DNA of 64,000 nt from Escherichia coli (GTDB lineage Bacteria > Pseudomonadota > Gammaproteobacteria > Enterobacterales > Enterobacteriaceae), in the NCBI RefSeq assembly GCF_003334255.1, contig NZ_QOWU01000008.1; one strand, given 5' to 3'. Shown in pieces: positions 24,680 to 37,908 of the stretch. The notes under the pieces were generated by a model, which searched no databases, was not told the origin of the DNA, and was given only the letters and a program-made list of their open reading frames with translations. The number at the start of each line of letters is the position of its first letter. Within the stretch, counting starts at the first letter, position 1. Position numbers and translations under genes: made by a program.

Positions 24680-26775
24680 TGAAAAAAAGACATCTGCTTA
24701 GCTTACTGGCGCTGGGCATTAGCACAGCTTGCTACGGCGAAACATATCCTGCGCCCATTGGTCCGTCGCAGTCGGATTTCGGTGGCGTAGGATTATTACA
24801 AACGCCCACCGCGCGTATGGCACGGGAAGGGGAGTTGAGTCTGAACTATCGCGATAACGATCAGTACCGTTATTACTCAGCTTCAGTGCAACTCTTCCCG
24901 TGGCTGGAAACAACGCTGCGCTACACCGACGTGCGCACCCGGCAGTACAGCAGCGTCGAAGCGTTCTCTGGCGATCAAACGTATAAAGATAAAGCCTTCG
25001 ATCTCAAACTGCGTTTGTGGGAAGAGAGTTACTGGCTGCCGCAAGTGGCGGTTGGTGCGCGGGATATCGGCGGTACGGGGCTGTTTGATGCGGAATATCT
25101 TGTTGCCAGCAAAGCCTGGGGGCCGTTCGATTTTACGCTCGGCCTGGGCTGGGGATATTTGGGCACCAGCGGTAATGTGAAAAATCCGCTCTGTTCAGCC
25201 AGTGATAAATATTGCTATCGCGATAACAGCTACAAACAGGCGGGATCTATCGACGGTAGCCAGATGTTCCACGGTCCTGCCTCACTGTTTGGCGGCGTGG
25301 AATACCAGACGCCCTGGCAACCGCTGCGCCTGAAACTGGAGTATGAAGGCAATAATTATCAGCAGGATTTTGCCGGGAAGCTGGAGCAAAAAAGTAAGTT
25401 TAACGTCGGTGCGATTTATCGCGTTACCGATTGGGCCGACGTTAACCTTAGCTATGAACGTGGCAACACCTTTATGTTTGGCGTTACGTTGCGCACCAAC
25501 TTTAACGATCTGCGCCCGTCTTACAACGATAACGCCCGCCCGCAATATCAACCGCAGCCGCAGGATGCCATTTTGCAGTATTCGGTGGTGGCGAATCAGT
25601 TAACGCTGTTGAAATACAATGCCGGACTTGCCGATCCACAGATCCAGGCGAAAGGCGATACGCTGTATGTTACCGGCGAGCAGGTGAAATATCGTGATTC
25701 GCGCGAAGGGATCATCCGTGCGAATCGGATCGTGATGAACGATCTGCCGGATGGGATCAAAACGATCCGCATTACGGAAAATCGCCTTAACATGCCGCAG
25801 GTGACGACGGAAACCGATGTCGCCAGCCTGAAAAATCATCTCGCCGGAGAGCCGTTGGGCCACGAAACGACGCTGGCGCAAAAACGCGTCGAGCCAGTGG
25901 TTCCGCAGTCCACCGAGCAGGGCTGGTATATCGACAAATCACGCTTTGATTTCCATATCGATCCGGTGCTGAACCAGTCGGTCGGTGGCCCGGAAAACTT
26001 TTACATGTATCAGCTGGGCGTGATGGGAACGGCAGATTTGTGGCTGACGGACCATCTGCTGACCACCGGCAGCCTGTTTGCAAATCTTGCCAACAACTAC
26101 GACAAGTTTAACTACACTAATCCTCCGCAGGACTCGCACTTACCGCGCGTGCGTACCCATGTGCGCGAGTATGTGCAGAACGATGTCTATGTGAATAACC
26201 TGCAAGCCAACTACTTCCAGCATCTGGGCAACGGCTTCTACGGTCAGGTCTACGGTGGTTATCTCGAAACCATGTTTGGCGGTGCGGGGGCAGAAGTGTT
26301 GTATCGCCCGCTGGACAGCAACTGGGCGTTTGGTCTGGATGCCAACTACGTTAAACAGCGCGACTGGCGTAGTGCAAAAGATATGATGAAATTCACCGAC
26401 TACAGCGTGAAAACCGGACATCTGACCGCCTACTGGACGCCATCTTTCGCTCAGGATGTGTTAGTTAAAGCCAGCGTCGGGCAGTATCTGGCAGGGGATA
26501 AAGGCGGCACGCTGGAGATCGCCAAACGCTTTGATAGCGGCGTGGTGGTGGGTGGCTATGCCACGATCACTAATGTTTCGAAAGAGGAGTACGGCGAAGG
26601 GGACTTCACCAAAGGCGTGTATGTCTCGGTACCGTTGGATCTCTTCTCGTCTGGCCCGACACGCAGCCGTGCGGCGATTGGCTGGACGCCGCTGACGCGT
26701 GACGGTGGTCAGCAACTTGGGCGTAAGTTCCAGTTGTATGACATGACCAGCGACCGTAGCGTCAATTTCCGCTAA
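24679..26775 (+). CDS. yjbH: YjbH, putative outer-membrane beta-barrel lipoprotein of the yjbEFGH locus
   Basis: 698 aa ORF with signal/lipobox ([11 protein letters not shown]), ends in aromatic residue; ATG overlaps yjbG stop (TAATG). Confidence 0.9.
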   Translation: MKKRHLLSLLALGISTACYGETYPAPIGPSQSDFGGVGLLQTPTARMAREGELSLNYRDNDQYRYYSASVQLFPWLETTLRYTDVRTRQYSSVEAFSGDQTYKDKAFDLKLRLWEESYWLPQVAVGARDIGGTGLFDAEYLVASKAWGPFDFTLGLGWGYLGTSGNVKNPLCSASDKYCYRDNSYKQAGSIDGSQMFHGPASLFGGVEYQTPWQPLRLKLEYEGNNYQQDFAGKLEQKSKFNVGAIYRVTDWADVNLSYERGNTFMFGVTLRTNFNDLRPSYNDNARPQYQPQPQDAILQYSVVANQLTLLKYNAGLADPQIQAKGDTLYVTGEQVKYRDSREGIIRANRIVMNDLPDGIKTIRITENRLNMPQVTTETDVASLKNHLAGEPLGHETTLAQKRVEPVVPQSTEQGWYIDKSRFDFHIDPVLNQSVGGPENFYMYQLGVMGTADLWLTDHLLTTGSLFANLANNYDKFNYTNPPQDSHLPRVRTHVREYVQNDVYVNNLQANYFQHLGNGFYGQVYGGYLETMFGGAGAEVLYRPLDSNWAFGLDANYVKQRDWRSAKDMMKFTDYSVKTGHLTAYWTPSFAQDVLVKASVGQYLAGDKGGTLEIAKRFDSGVVVGGYATITNVSKEEYGEGDFTKGVYVSVPLDLFSSGPTRSRAAIGWTPLTRDGGQQLGRKFQLYDMTSDRSVNFR

Positions 26776-26785
26776 GTCATGGGAA

Positions 26786-26816
26786 AGGTGCCAGTTTTCG
26801 CACTCACTGGCACCTT
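26786..26816. terminator. Putative bidirectional hairpin between yjbH (+) and yjbT (-)
   Basis: Inverted repeat AGGTGCCAGT..ACTGGCACCT in the 46 bp between convergent stops. Confidence 0.55.
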
Positions 26817-26821
26817 CATTC

Positions 26822-27100
26822 TTAATGGCCTGTCGAGCCATCAGGAACGCAGTTCACTCCCGGTTTGCGATCTGGTGTGTAAAGGCGAAAACATTCTGTC
26901 TTCCTGTCCGTCGATATCGGTTGCAGGTCTGGTTGCCTGAGCGACTGGGCCATCATTGGGCTGGAGACATTGCTTTGCGGTAGGTCGGCTTTATCAGCAG
27001 TACCGAGCGGACCAGCATAAGCAGGAAGAACAGAGACTGATAACATCAAAGCAGCAAAATAAGGCTTCATTTTTACCACCTTTATCAGGTTACGTTTCAT
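26822..27100 (-). CDS. yjbT: Small putative periplasmic protein YjbT
   Basis: 92 aa ORF with internal signal-peptide-like stretch (MKPYFAALMLSVSVLPAYA); true start may be the internal Met. Confidence 0.6.
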   Translation of the reverse strand: MKRNLIKVVKMKPYFAALMLSVSVLPAYAGPLGTADKADLPQSNVSSPMMAQSLRQPDLQPISTDRKTECFRLYTPDRKPGVNCVPDGSTGH

Positions 27101-27199
27101 TTGTTCCAGAGGAACATTGTCGATTTTTCGCGCATTGCTGGTGGCTGGGAATCACCTGAATGGGTGATTTTTGAATTACCGGCTTTGGTGCGGTTTGTC

Positions 27200-27240
27200 T
27201 TGCCGGATGCGCCGCCAGGCGCGGCTTATCCGGCCTACGG
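27200..27240. repeat. REP-like palindromic element
   Basis: GCCGGATGCGCCGCCAGGCGCGGCTTATCCGGCCTAC. Confidence 0.6.
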
Positions 27241-27369
27241 GTAGGTATATCCGGCTTTGGTGGAGGCGCGCTCCAAATCCAGGTTGAACAAAACATACAC
27301 AAAAAATATAGATCTCCGTCACATTTTTGCGTTATACAGGAAGCTCGCCACTGTGAAGGAGGTACTGCT

Positions 27370-27780
27370 ATGACGTCACTCTCTCGTCCGCGCGTGGAGT
27401 TTATCTCCACCATTTTGCAGACCGTACTCAATCTTGGCCTGCTGTGCCTCGGCCTGATTTTGGTTGTCTTCCTCGGCAAAGAAACGGTGCATCTGGCTGA
27501 TGTGCTGTTCGCGCCAGAACAAACCAGCAAATATGAGCTGGTAGAAGGACTGGTGGTTTACTTTCTCTATTTCGAATTTATCGCGCTGATTGTGAAGTAC
27601 TTTCAGTCCGGTTTTCACTTCCCGCTACGTTACTTTGTCTATATTGGGATCACCGCCATTGTGCGCTTGATCATCGTCGATCATAAATCGCCACTGGATG
27701 TGTTGATCTACTCGGCTGCGATCCTGTTACTGGTGATCACCCTGTGGCTGTGTAATTCGAAACGGCTGAAGCGGGAGTAA
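27370..27780 (+). CDS. psiE: Phosphate-starvation-inducible protein PsiE (inner membrane)
   Basis: 136 aa hydrophobic ORF starting [29 protein letters not shown], recognised as PsiE. Confidence 0.9.
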
Positions 27781-27785
27781 AAAGT

Positions 27786-27813
27786 CAGCACGCCGAAATG
27801 GCGCGGCGTGCTG
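27786..27813. terminator. Bidirectional hairpin terminator between psiE (+) and xylE (-)
   Basis: Perfect 10-bp stem CAGCACGCCG / CGGCGTGCTG with 8-nt loop in the 43 bp between convergent stops. Confidence 0.65.
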
Positions 27814-27823
27814 GACAGGAAGA

Positions 27824-29299
27824 TTACAGCGTAGCAGTTTGTTGTGTTTTCTTCGTTTCCGGTTCCCAGAGCGCTTCCAGCTCCTCAAGGGTTTTACCTT
27901 TGGTTTCCGGGACAAATTTCCACATAAACAGTGCTGCCAGAACGCCCATACAACCGTAAATCCAGTAGGAGAAACCGTTGTGGAAATGGGCCACCAGCCA
28001 GGAGTTTTTGTCCATCATCGGGAAGGTCCAGGAGACGAAGTAGTTCGCCAGCCACTGGGCCGCCACCGCGATTGCCAGCGCTTTACCACGAATAGCATTC
28101 GGGAAGATTTCCGACAGCAGTACCCAGCATACCGGACCCCAGGACATGGCAAAGGCGGCAACATAGAACAGCATCGACAGTAGCGCCACAATACCCGGTG
28201 CCTGAGTGTAAAACGCGGTACCGAGGCTAAACATACCGATTGCCATTCCGAGTGCGCCGATAATTTGCAGTGGCTTACGACCAAATTTATCCACCGTCAT
28301 AATTGCCAGAACGGTGAAGGTGAGGTTGATAACTCCGACAATAATGGTCTGCAACAGCGCGATATCCGTGCTGGCCCCCAGCGTTTTGAACACTTCCGGC
28401 GCGTAGTACAGCACCACATTGATGCCGACAAATTGCTGGAAGATGGAGAGCATTACGCCGATTACAATCACGCCCACGCCAAACATCAGCAGACGACCAC
28501 CGGTTTTGCGGCCATGATCCAGGGAGTGTTTAATTTCCTGTACTGCCTGAGTTGCAAGCGTGTTGCCCATAATTTTGCGCAGGATACCTTCCGCCTGTTC
28601 TTGCTTGCCGCGCGACATCAGCCAGCGAGGACTTTCTGGCACGGTATACAGCAGCATTAAGAACAGCAGTGCAGGGATACATTCCGAGGCAAACATATAA
28701 CGCCAGCCGTCAGTATTCAGCCAGCTGGCATCACCGGAACGGGCAATAAAATAGTTTACGCAGTAAACTAAAAGTTGCCCGAAAATAATCGCAAACTGGT
28801 TAAAAGAGACCAGTTTCCCGCGAATATGAGCTGGAGCCAGTTCCGCAATATACATTGGCGAGAGCATTGAGGCTAAACCAACGCCAATACCGCCAATAAT
28901 GCGATAAATAACAAATTCCGGGACATAACCTGCCAGATAAACAGGCACAGTGTTGTCCGGGTTTATAGAGGTAAAACCAAGTTCTGGCCAGGCAGAACCT
29001 ACACCAGAAATAAAAAACAGGACAGCAGCAATCTTAAGTGAATCACGACGACCGAAGCGGTTACTGCAATAACCACCGAGGGCACCGCCGATGATGCAAC
29101 CAATCAGAGCGCTGGCCACGCAAAACCCTAACAGGGAGTTGGCAGCGGATTCACTTAAGTTTTGTGGAGCAACAAAGACGGTATTGAGTGACTCAACAGT
29201 ACCGGAAATAACGGCGGTGTCGTAGCCAAATAATAAACCACCTAATGTAGCGACTAAGGTAATCGAAAATATATAACTGGAATTATACTGGGTATTCAT
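27824..29299 (-). CDS. xylE: D-xylose:H+ symporter (MFS sugar porter)
   Basis: 491 aa ORF with MFS sugar-transporter signatures (GRR..., PESPRWL); recognised as XylE. Confidence 0.95.
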   Translation of the reverse strand: MNTQYNSSYIFSITLVATLGGLLFGYDTAVISGTVESLNTVFVAPQNLSESAANSLLGFCVASALIGCIIGGALGGYCSNRFGRRDSLKIAAVLFFISGVGSAWPELGFTSINPDNTVPVYLAGYVPEFVIYRIIGGIGVGLASMLSPMYIAELAPAHIRGKLVSFNQFAIIFGQLLVYCVNYFIARSGDASWLNTDGWRYMFASECIPALLFLMLLYTVPESPRWLMSRGKQEQAEGILRKIMGNTLATQAVQEIKHSLDHGRKTGGRLLMFGVGVIVIGVMLSIFQQFVGINVVLYYAPEVFKTLGASTDIALLQTIIVGVINLTFTVLAIMTVDKFGRKPLQIIGALGMAIGMFSLGTAFYTQAPGIVALLSMLFYVAAFAMSWGPVCWVLLSEIFPNAIRGKALAIAVAAQWLANYFVSWTFPMMDKNSWLVAHFHNGFSYWIYGCMGVLAALFMWKFVPETKGKTLEELEALWEPETKKTQQTATL

Positions 29300-29572
29300 T
29301 CAGACCTGCCTTAGACCATTCTGATCTTTTATCAGTGCATTGATGTTGGAATTGTCAGGCAGTTAAGGCAATTATCATTTTTTACAATGCGTTTACGTAA
29401 TGTCTTTTCTGTGATCTTAATTGTGATAATTATCCAAAATTGATAAAAACAATACTATTGCCGTGACTCAGAGCACGAAAGAGAATTATCGTAAGTGGGA
29501 AAACAAATAACGTAAAAATAATAAGCTCTATGATGGAAATATTAACCGGCGAACGATTCAGATTGCAGACGA

Positions 29573-29600
29573 AAGAAAAAAAGGCGCTCCGTGGAGCGCC
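29573..29600 (-). terminator. Rho-independent terminator after malG
   Basis: On the minus strand, hairpin GGCGCTCC-ACGG-AGCGCC followed by a T-run (A-run 29573-29582 on plus). Confidence 0.8.
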
Positions 29601-29670
29601 GAATAACAGTCACAAGTTGGGATAACGTAAGTTGAGGGTGCAGCGGCATAACATTGGCAGAACAACATCT

Positions 29671-30561
29671 TTAACCTTTCACACCACCTGCCGTCAGGCC
29701 GTTGACCAGCCAGCGTTGAGCCAGCAAGAAGACGATGGTGATCGGTAATGCAGACATCACGGCAGCGGCGGCAAAGTCACCCCACAGGTAGTTTTGCGGG
29801 TTGAGGTATTGCTGCATCCCCACGGCCAGGGTGTAGCTGTTTACGTCACGCAGTAACAGCGACGCGACCGGAACTTCAGTAATGGCAGCGATAAACGACA
29901 GGATGAATACCACCGCCAGAATCGGTACTGACAGCGGCAACAGGACAAGGCGGAAGGCCTGCCACGGTGTCGCACCATCCAGCGCAGCAGCTTCTTCCAG
30001 CGAACTGTCGATGGTTTCGAAATAGCCTTTGATGGTCCAGACATGCAGCGCAATCCCACCCAGATACGCGAAAATTACGCCGCCGTGAGTATTCAGGCCA
30101 ATGAATGGAATGTACTCACCCAGACGATCAAACAACGCATACAACGCGACCAGTGAAAGTACTGCCGGGAACATCTGGAAAATCAGCATTCCTTTCAGCA
30201 GCGTCGCTTTGCCTGGAAAGCGCATACGGGCGAAAGCGTAGGCGCAGGTGGTGGAGAGCGCCACAATGCCAATCGCGGAAATCCCGGCGACCTTTACCGA
30301 GTTCCACAGCCACAGCAGTACCGGGAATGGCGGTGGCGTAATGCGACCATCAGCCTGTTCAACGCTAAAACCTAACGCCAGTTTCCAGTGATCCCAGGAG
30401 ATTTGCTCCGGGATCAGGCTGCCGGTCGCAAAGTTTCCCTGACGCAGCGAGATAGCGACGACCATCAGCAGCGGGAACATAATCGCTGCGATAAAAAGTA
30501 GCAGTAGCAGGTGAGTAATAAATAAACGAGCTTTTTGCGATTTCGGTTGGACCATTGCCAT
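29671..30561 (-). CDS. malG: Maltose/maltodextrin ABC transporter permease MalG
   Basis: 296 aa ORF, recognised as MalG. Confidence 0.95.
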
Positions 30562-30575
30562 TTTTGTTATCTCCC

Positions 30576-32120
30576 TTAATCAAACTTCATTCGCGTGGCT
30601 TTCAGGTTCACTATCGCCAGCGCACCCACCAGCAGGAAGATCAGCGTGGCAATTGCTGCCGCCAGACCGAAGTCCTGACCCCCGCCGCCTTCAAAAGCGA
30701 TGCGGTAGGTGTAGTTAACAAGCAGGTCGGTATAACCGGCTGGCGTGGTCGTGCCAAGACGATCCGGGCCGCCGTTGGTTAACAGTTGAATCAGCACGAA
30801 GTTGTTAAAGTTAAAGGCGAAGCTGGCGATCATCAGCGGCGTCAGCGGTTTAATCAGCAGCGGCAGCGTAATCTTAAAGAAGTTCTGGAACGGACCTGCG
30901 CCATCCATTGCTGAGGCTTCATACAAATCGTCCGGAATCGCTTTCAGCAAGCCCATGCAGAGGATCATCATGTACGGATAACCCAGCCAGGTATTGACGA
31001 TAATTAGCATCGTGCGGGCGGTGGTCGGATCGCTGAACCAGGCGGGCTTCACGCCAAACAGCGCGCTCAACATCATGTTGATTTCACCGAAGCTCTGGTT
31101 AAACAACCCTTTGAAAATCAAGATTGAAATGAACGATGGCACCGCGTAGGGCAGAATCAGCAGGACGCGATAGACCGCTTTGCCGCGCAACGCTTCCCAC
31201 TGCACCAGACACGCCAGAACCATGCCGACCGCCACCGTTAAAAAGACAGTGATCAGCGAGAACACCACGGTCCAGACGAAAATGGCGAGGAACGGTTTCT
31301 GAATGCCTTCGTCGGTAAAGACGCGGGTAAAGTTTTTCCAGCCGGTGGTCACGGTGTAACCGGGGCTTAGCTTTTCATCACCCCAGTTGCCGTCGGCGGT
31401 AATGGACTGGTAAAAGCCAATTTGGTTATTCGGACGATATTTCACGCCGCTCTGATTATTCGTCAACGTGCCGTCACCGTCGAGTGTGTAGAGCGGCTGC
31501 GTGCCAGAAAACTGGCGCAGGGAGCTCATCATCACTTTGTTGCCATCCGGCAGAATGGCGGTAATGTCACTCAGCGCCTGACGATTCTGGGTAATCACGC
31601 GCAGATTCGCGCGTTCGCCTTCGGGCTGGGCGGTCGTTTCTTTCAGTTGCAGTTTTTGCTCGCCGCCAAATTTAAAAGCGTCGGAGAGGTAATTTTTGCC
31701 GGTTTCGCCGTCGCTGAGCGCCAGTTGCCACTCATCGCCCGCCGGGTAAAGACCAAAGTTATAGGTTTTGCCTGCTTGCCAGGAGCGATCTAACAACACT
31801 TCCTGCGCACGTTCAAAAGTCAGCTGGTTAGTGCTGCTGTAGTTGGTGAAGGCAATGGCGATGGTGCAGACCAGAGGGAAGAGGACGAATAATCCCATTC
31901 CAGCCATTCCCGGGTAAACATAGCGCCAGGCGTAGGCTTTACGATTGGCGAAAATATACAGCCCCGCTGAACTCAATATCAGCGTGGTAATGGCGAACAG
32001 GTATTCCCCTTGTGCGTACATTAAAACAACAAGGTAACCCACCAGCAGGCCGAGCAGACCTAGCACTGACCATTTCAGCGCGTCGCTTTGCCACCAATGT
32101 TTCTTTTTAATGACATCCAT
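30576..32120 (-). CDS. malF: Maltose/maltodextrin ABC transporter permease MalF
   Basis: ORF 30576-32135 trimmed to ATG at 32120 ([23 protein letters not shown]), 514 aa. Confidence 0.95.
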
Positions 32121-32140
32121 GGGGTTCTTCCTCATTCCAG

Positions 32141-32262
32141 GACGGATAAGGCTTTCACGCCTTATCCGACAACAACTGCCTGATGCGACGCTGACGCGTC
32201 TTATCAGGCCTACATACGTTTCGGTTTTGTAGGCCGGACAAGGCGTTCACGCCGCATCCGGC
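32141..32262. repeat. REP/BIME palindromic elements in the malE-malF spacer
   Basis: GGACGGATAAGGCTTTCACGCCTTATCCGAC ... GTAGGCCGGACAAGGCGTTCACGCCGCATCCGGCA. Confidence 0.8.
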
Positions 32263-32273
32263 ATTTCACAGCA

Positions 32274-33828
<1,555 letters not shown>

Positions 33829-34944
33829 ATGGCGAGCGTACAGCTGCAAAATGTAACGAAAGCCTGGGGCGAGGTCGTGGTATCGAAAGATATCAATCTC
33901 GATATCCATGAAGGTGAATTCGTGGTGTTTGTCGGACCGTCTGGCTGCGGTAAATCGACTTTACTGCGCATGATTGCCGGGCTTGAGACGATCACCAGCG
34001 GCGACCTGTTCATCGGTGAGAAACGGATGAATGACACTCCGCCAGCAGAACGCGGCGTTGGTATGGTGTTTCAGTCTTACGCGCTCTATCCCCACCTGTC
34101 AGTAGCAGAAAACATGTCATTTGGCCTGAAACTGGCTGGCGCAAAAAAAGAGGTGATTAACCAACGCGTTAACCAGGTGGCGGAAGTGCTACAACTGGCG
34201 CATTTGCTGGATCGCAAACCGAAAGCGCTCTCCGGTGGTCAGCGTCAGCGTGTGGCGATTGGCCGTACGCTGGTGGCCGAGCCAAGCGTATTTTTGCTCG
34301 ATGAACCGCTCTCCAACCTCGATGCTGCACTGCGTGTGCAAATGCGTATCGAAATCTCCCGTCTGCATAAACGCCTGGGCCGCACAATGATTTACGTCAC
34401 CCACGATCAGGTCGAAGCGATGACGCTGGCCGACAAAATCGTGGTGCTGGACGCCGGTCGCGTGGCGCAGGTTGGGAAACCGCTGGAGCTGTACCACTAT
34501 CCGGCAGACCGTTTTGTCGCCGGATTTATCGGTTCGCCAAAGATGAACTTCCTGCCGGTAAAAGTGACCGCCACCGCAATCGATCAAGTGCAGGTGGAGC
34601 TGCCGATGCCAAATCGTCAGCAAGTCTGGCTGCCAGTTGAAAGCCGTGATGTCCAGGTTGGAGCCAATATGTCGCTGGGTATTCGCCCGGAACATCTACT
34701 GCCGAGTGATATCGCTGACGTCATCCTTGAGGGTGAAGTTCAGGTCGTCGAGCAACTCGGCAACGAAACTCAAATCCATATCCAGATCCCTTCCATTCGT
34801 CAAAACCTGGTGTACCGCCAGAACGACGTGGTGTTGGTAGAAGAAGGTGCCACATTCGCTATCGGCCTGCCGCCAGAGCGTTGCCATCTGTTCCGTGAGG
34901 ATGGCACTGCATGTCGTCGACTGCATAAGGAGCCGGGCGTTTAA
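33829..34944 (+). CDS. malK: Maltose ABC transporter ATP-binding subunit MalK
   Basis: ORF 33739-34944 trimmed to ATG at 33829 ([44 protein letters not shown]), 371 aa; Walker A and LSGGQ present. Confidence 0.95.
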   Translation: MASVQLQNVTKAWGEVVVSKDINLDIHEGEFVVFVGPSGCGKSTLLRMIAGLETITSGDLFIGEKRMNDTPPAERGVGMVFQSYALYPHLSVAENMSFGLKLAGAKKEVINQRVNQVAEVLQLAHLLDRKPKALSGGQRQRVAIGRTLVAEPSVFLLDEPLSNLDAALRVQMRIEISRLHKRLGRTMIYVTHDQVEAMTLADKIVVLDAGRVAQVGKPLELYHYPADRFVAGFIGSPKMNFLPVKVTATAIDQVQVELPMPNRQQVWLPVESRDVQVGANMSLGIRPEHLLPSDIADVILEGEVQVVEQLGNETQIHIQIPSIRQNLVYRQNDVVLVEEGATFAIGLPPERCHLFREDGTACRRLHKEPGV

Positions 34945-34985
34945 GCACCCCACAAAACACACAAAGCCTGTCACAGGTGATGTGA

Positions 34986-36356
<1,371 letters not shown>

Positions 36357-36367
36357 TAGCAAAACCT

Positions 36368-36401
<34 letters not shown>

Positions 36402-36507
36402 AAAAACAGGTTGTCATTATCTGAAAGGGGCGAAAGCCCCTCTGATTATCGGGTTTAGCGCGCTATTGCCTGGCTACCGCTGAGCTCCAGATTTTGAGGT
36501 GAAAACA

Positions 36508-37428
36508 ATGAAAATGAATAAAAGTCTCATCGTCCTCTGTTTATCAGCAGGGTTACTGGCAAGCGCGCCTGGAATTAGCCTTGCCGATGTTAACTACGTA
36601 CCGCAAAACACCAGCGACGCGCCAGCCATTCCATCTGCTGCGCTGCAACAACTCACCTGGACACCGGTCGATCAATCTAAAACCCAGACCACCCAACTGG
36701 CGACCGGCGGCCAACAACTGAACGTTCCCGGCATCAGTGGTCCGGTTGCTGCGTACAGCGTCCCGGCAAACATTGGCGAACTGACCCTGACGCTGACCAG
36801 CGAAGTGAACAAACAAACCAGCGTTTTTGCGCCGAACGTGCTGATTCTTGATCAGAACATGACCCCATCAGCCTTCTTCCCCAGCAGTTATTTCACCTAC
36901 CAGGAACCAGGCGTGATGAGTGCAGATCGGCTGGAAGGCGTTATGCGCCTGACACCGGCGTTGGGGCAGCAAAAACTTTATGTTCTGGTCTTTACCACGG
37001 AAAAAGATCTCCAGCAGACGACCCAACTGCTCGACCCGGCTAAAGCCTATGCCAAGGGCGTCGGTAACTCGATCCCGGATATCCCCGATCCGGTTGCTCG
37101 TCATACCACCGATGGCTTACTGAAACTGAAAGTGAAAACGAACTCCAGCTCCAGCGTGTTGGTAGGACCTTTATTTGGTTCTTCCGCTCCAGCTCCGGTT
37201 ACGGTAGGTAACACGGCGGCACCAGCTGTGGCTGCACCCGCTCCGGCACCGGTGAAGAAAAGCGAGCCGATGCTCAACGACACGGAAAGTTATTTTAATA
37301 CCGCGATCAAAAACGCTGTCGCGAAAGGTGATGTTGATAAGGCGTTAAAACTGCTTGATGAAGCTGAACGCCTGGGATCGACATCTGCCCGTTCCACCTT
37401 TATCAGCAGTGTAAAAGGCAAGGGGTAA
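36508..37428 (+). CDS. malM: Periplasmic protein MalM of the maltose regulon
   Basis: ORF 36499-37428 trimmed to ATG at 36508 (MKMNKSLIVLCLSAGLLASAPGISLA), 306 aa. Confidence 0.9.
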   Translation: MKMNKSLIVLCLSAGLLASAPGISLADVNYVPQNTSDAPAIPSAALQQLTWTPVDQSKTQTTQLATGGQQLNVPGISGPVAAYSVPANIGELTLTLTSEVNKQTSVFAPNVLILDQNMTPSAFFPSSYFTYQEPGVMSADRLEGVMRLTPALGQQKLYVLVFTTEKDLQQTTQLLDPAKAYAKGVGNSIPDIPDPVARHTTDGLLKLKVKTNSSSSVLVGPLFGSSAPAPVTVGNTAAPAVAAPAPAPVKKSEPMLNDTESYFNTAIKNAVAKGDVDKALKLLDEAERLGSTSARSTFISSVKGKG

Positions 37429-37460
37429 TTACGCCCCACAGTGCTGATTTTGCAACAACT

Positions 37461-37487
37461 GGTGCGTCTCCTGGCGCACCTTTTTTT
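37461..37487 (+). terminator. Rho-independent terminator of malK-lamB-malM
   Basis: Hairpin GGTGCG-TCTCCTGG-CGCACC followed by T7. Confidence 0.85.
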
Positions 37488-37908
37488 ATGCTTCCTTCCT
37501 GGGATATGAGCGATTTTTTATAGTAACTCACTTCTTCTTCACTAAGAATATCCATTATCTCAATGCCTTATCAGAGATTCTTTTCCTTTCGCCGGTAGTG
37601 TCTGGACATTCAGGCTACTTTTCCAGGTTATTTTATTTCTGTTATGCAGAGGTTTTATGATAAGTCATATCCTAAATTCTGGCGGCAATAACTCTTTGAT
37701 GAAACATGATGTGGTGCAAGGAAATAATATAGTAGATCTTGATTTACTACGTAATTTAAATGGGGTGCCAGGTTTAAACAGAGATAACTTTATTTATATC
37801 AGCAATATTTTTTCAAATATAAAACAACGGAACGAAAAAATCATGCAATAAATATGTTTCGTGAAGTCTCAATCAGTAATGATACTATAAGTGTAAAATT
37901 CTACAGAA

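Noticed and set aside
37657-37851. Calling the 64-aa ORF upstream of yjbI an independent gene
   Set aside because: It is in the same frame as yjbI and separated only by stop codons; more parsimonious as a fragment of a decayed longer gene, so reported as a finding, not a feature
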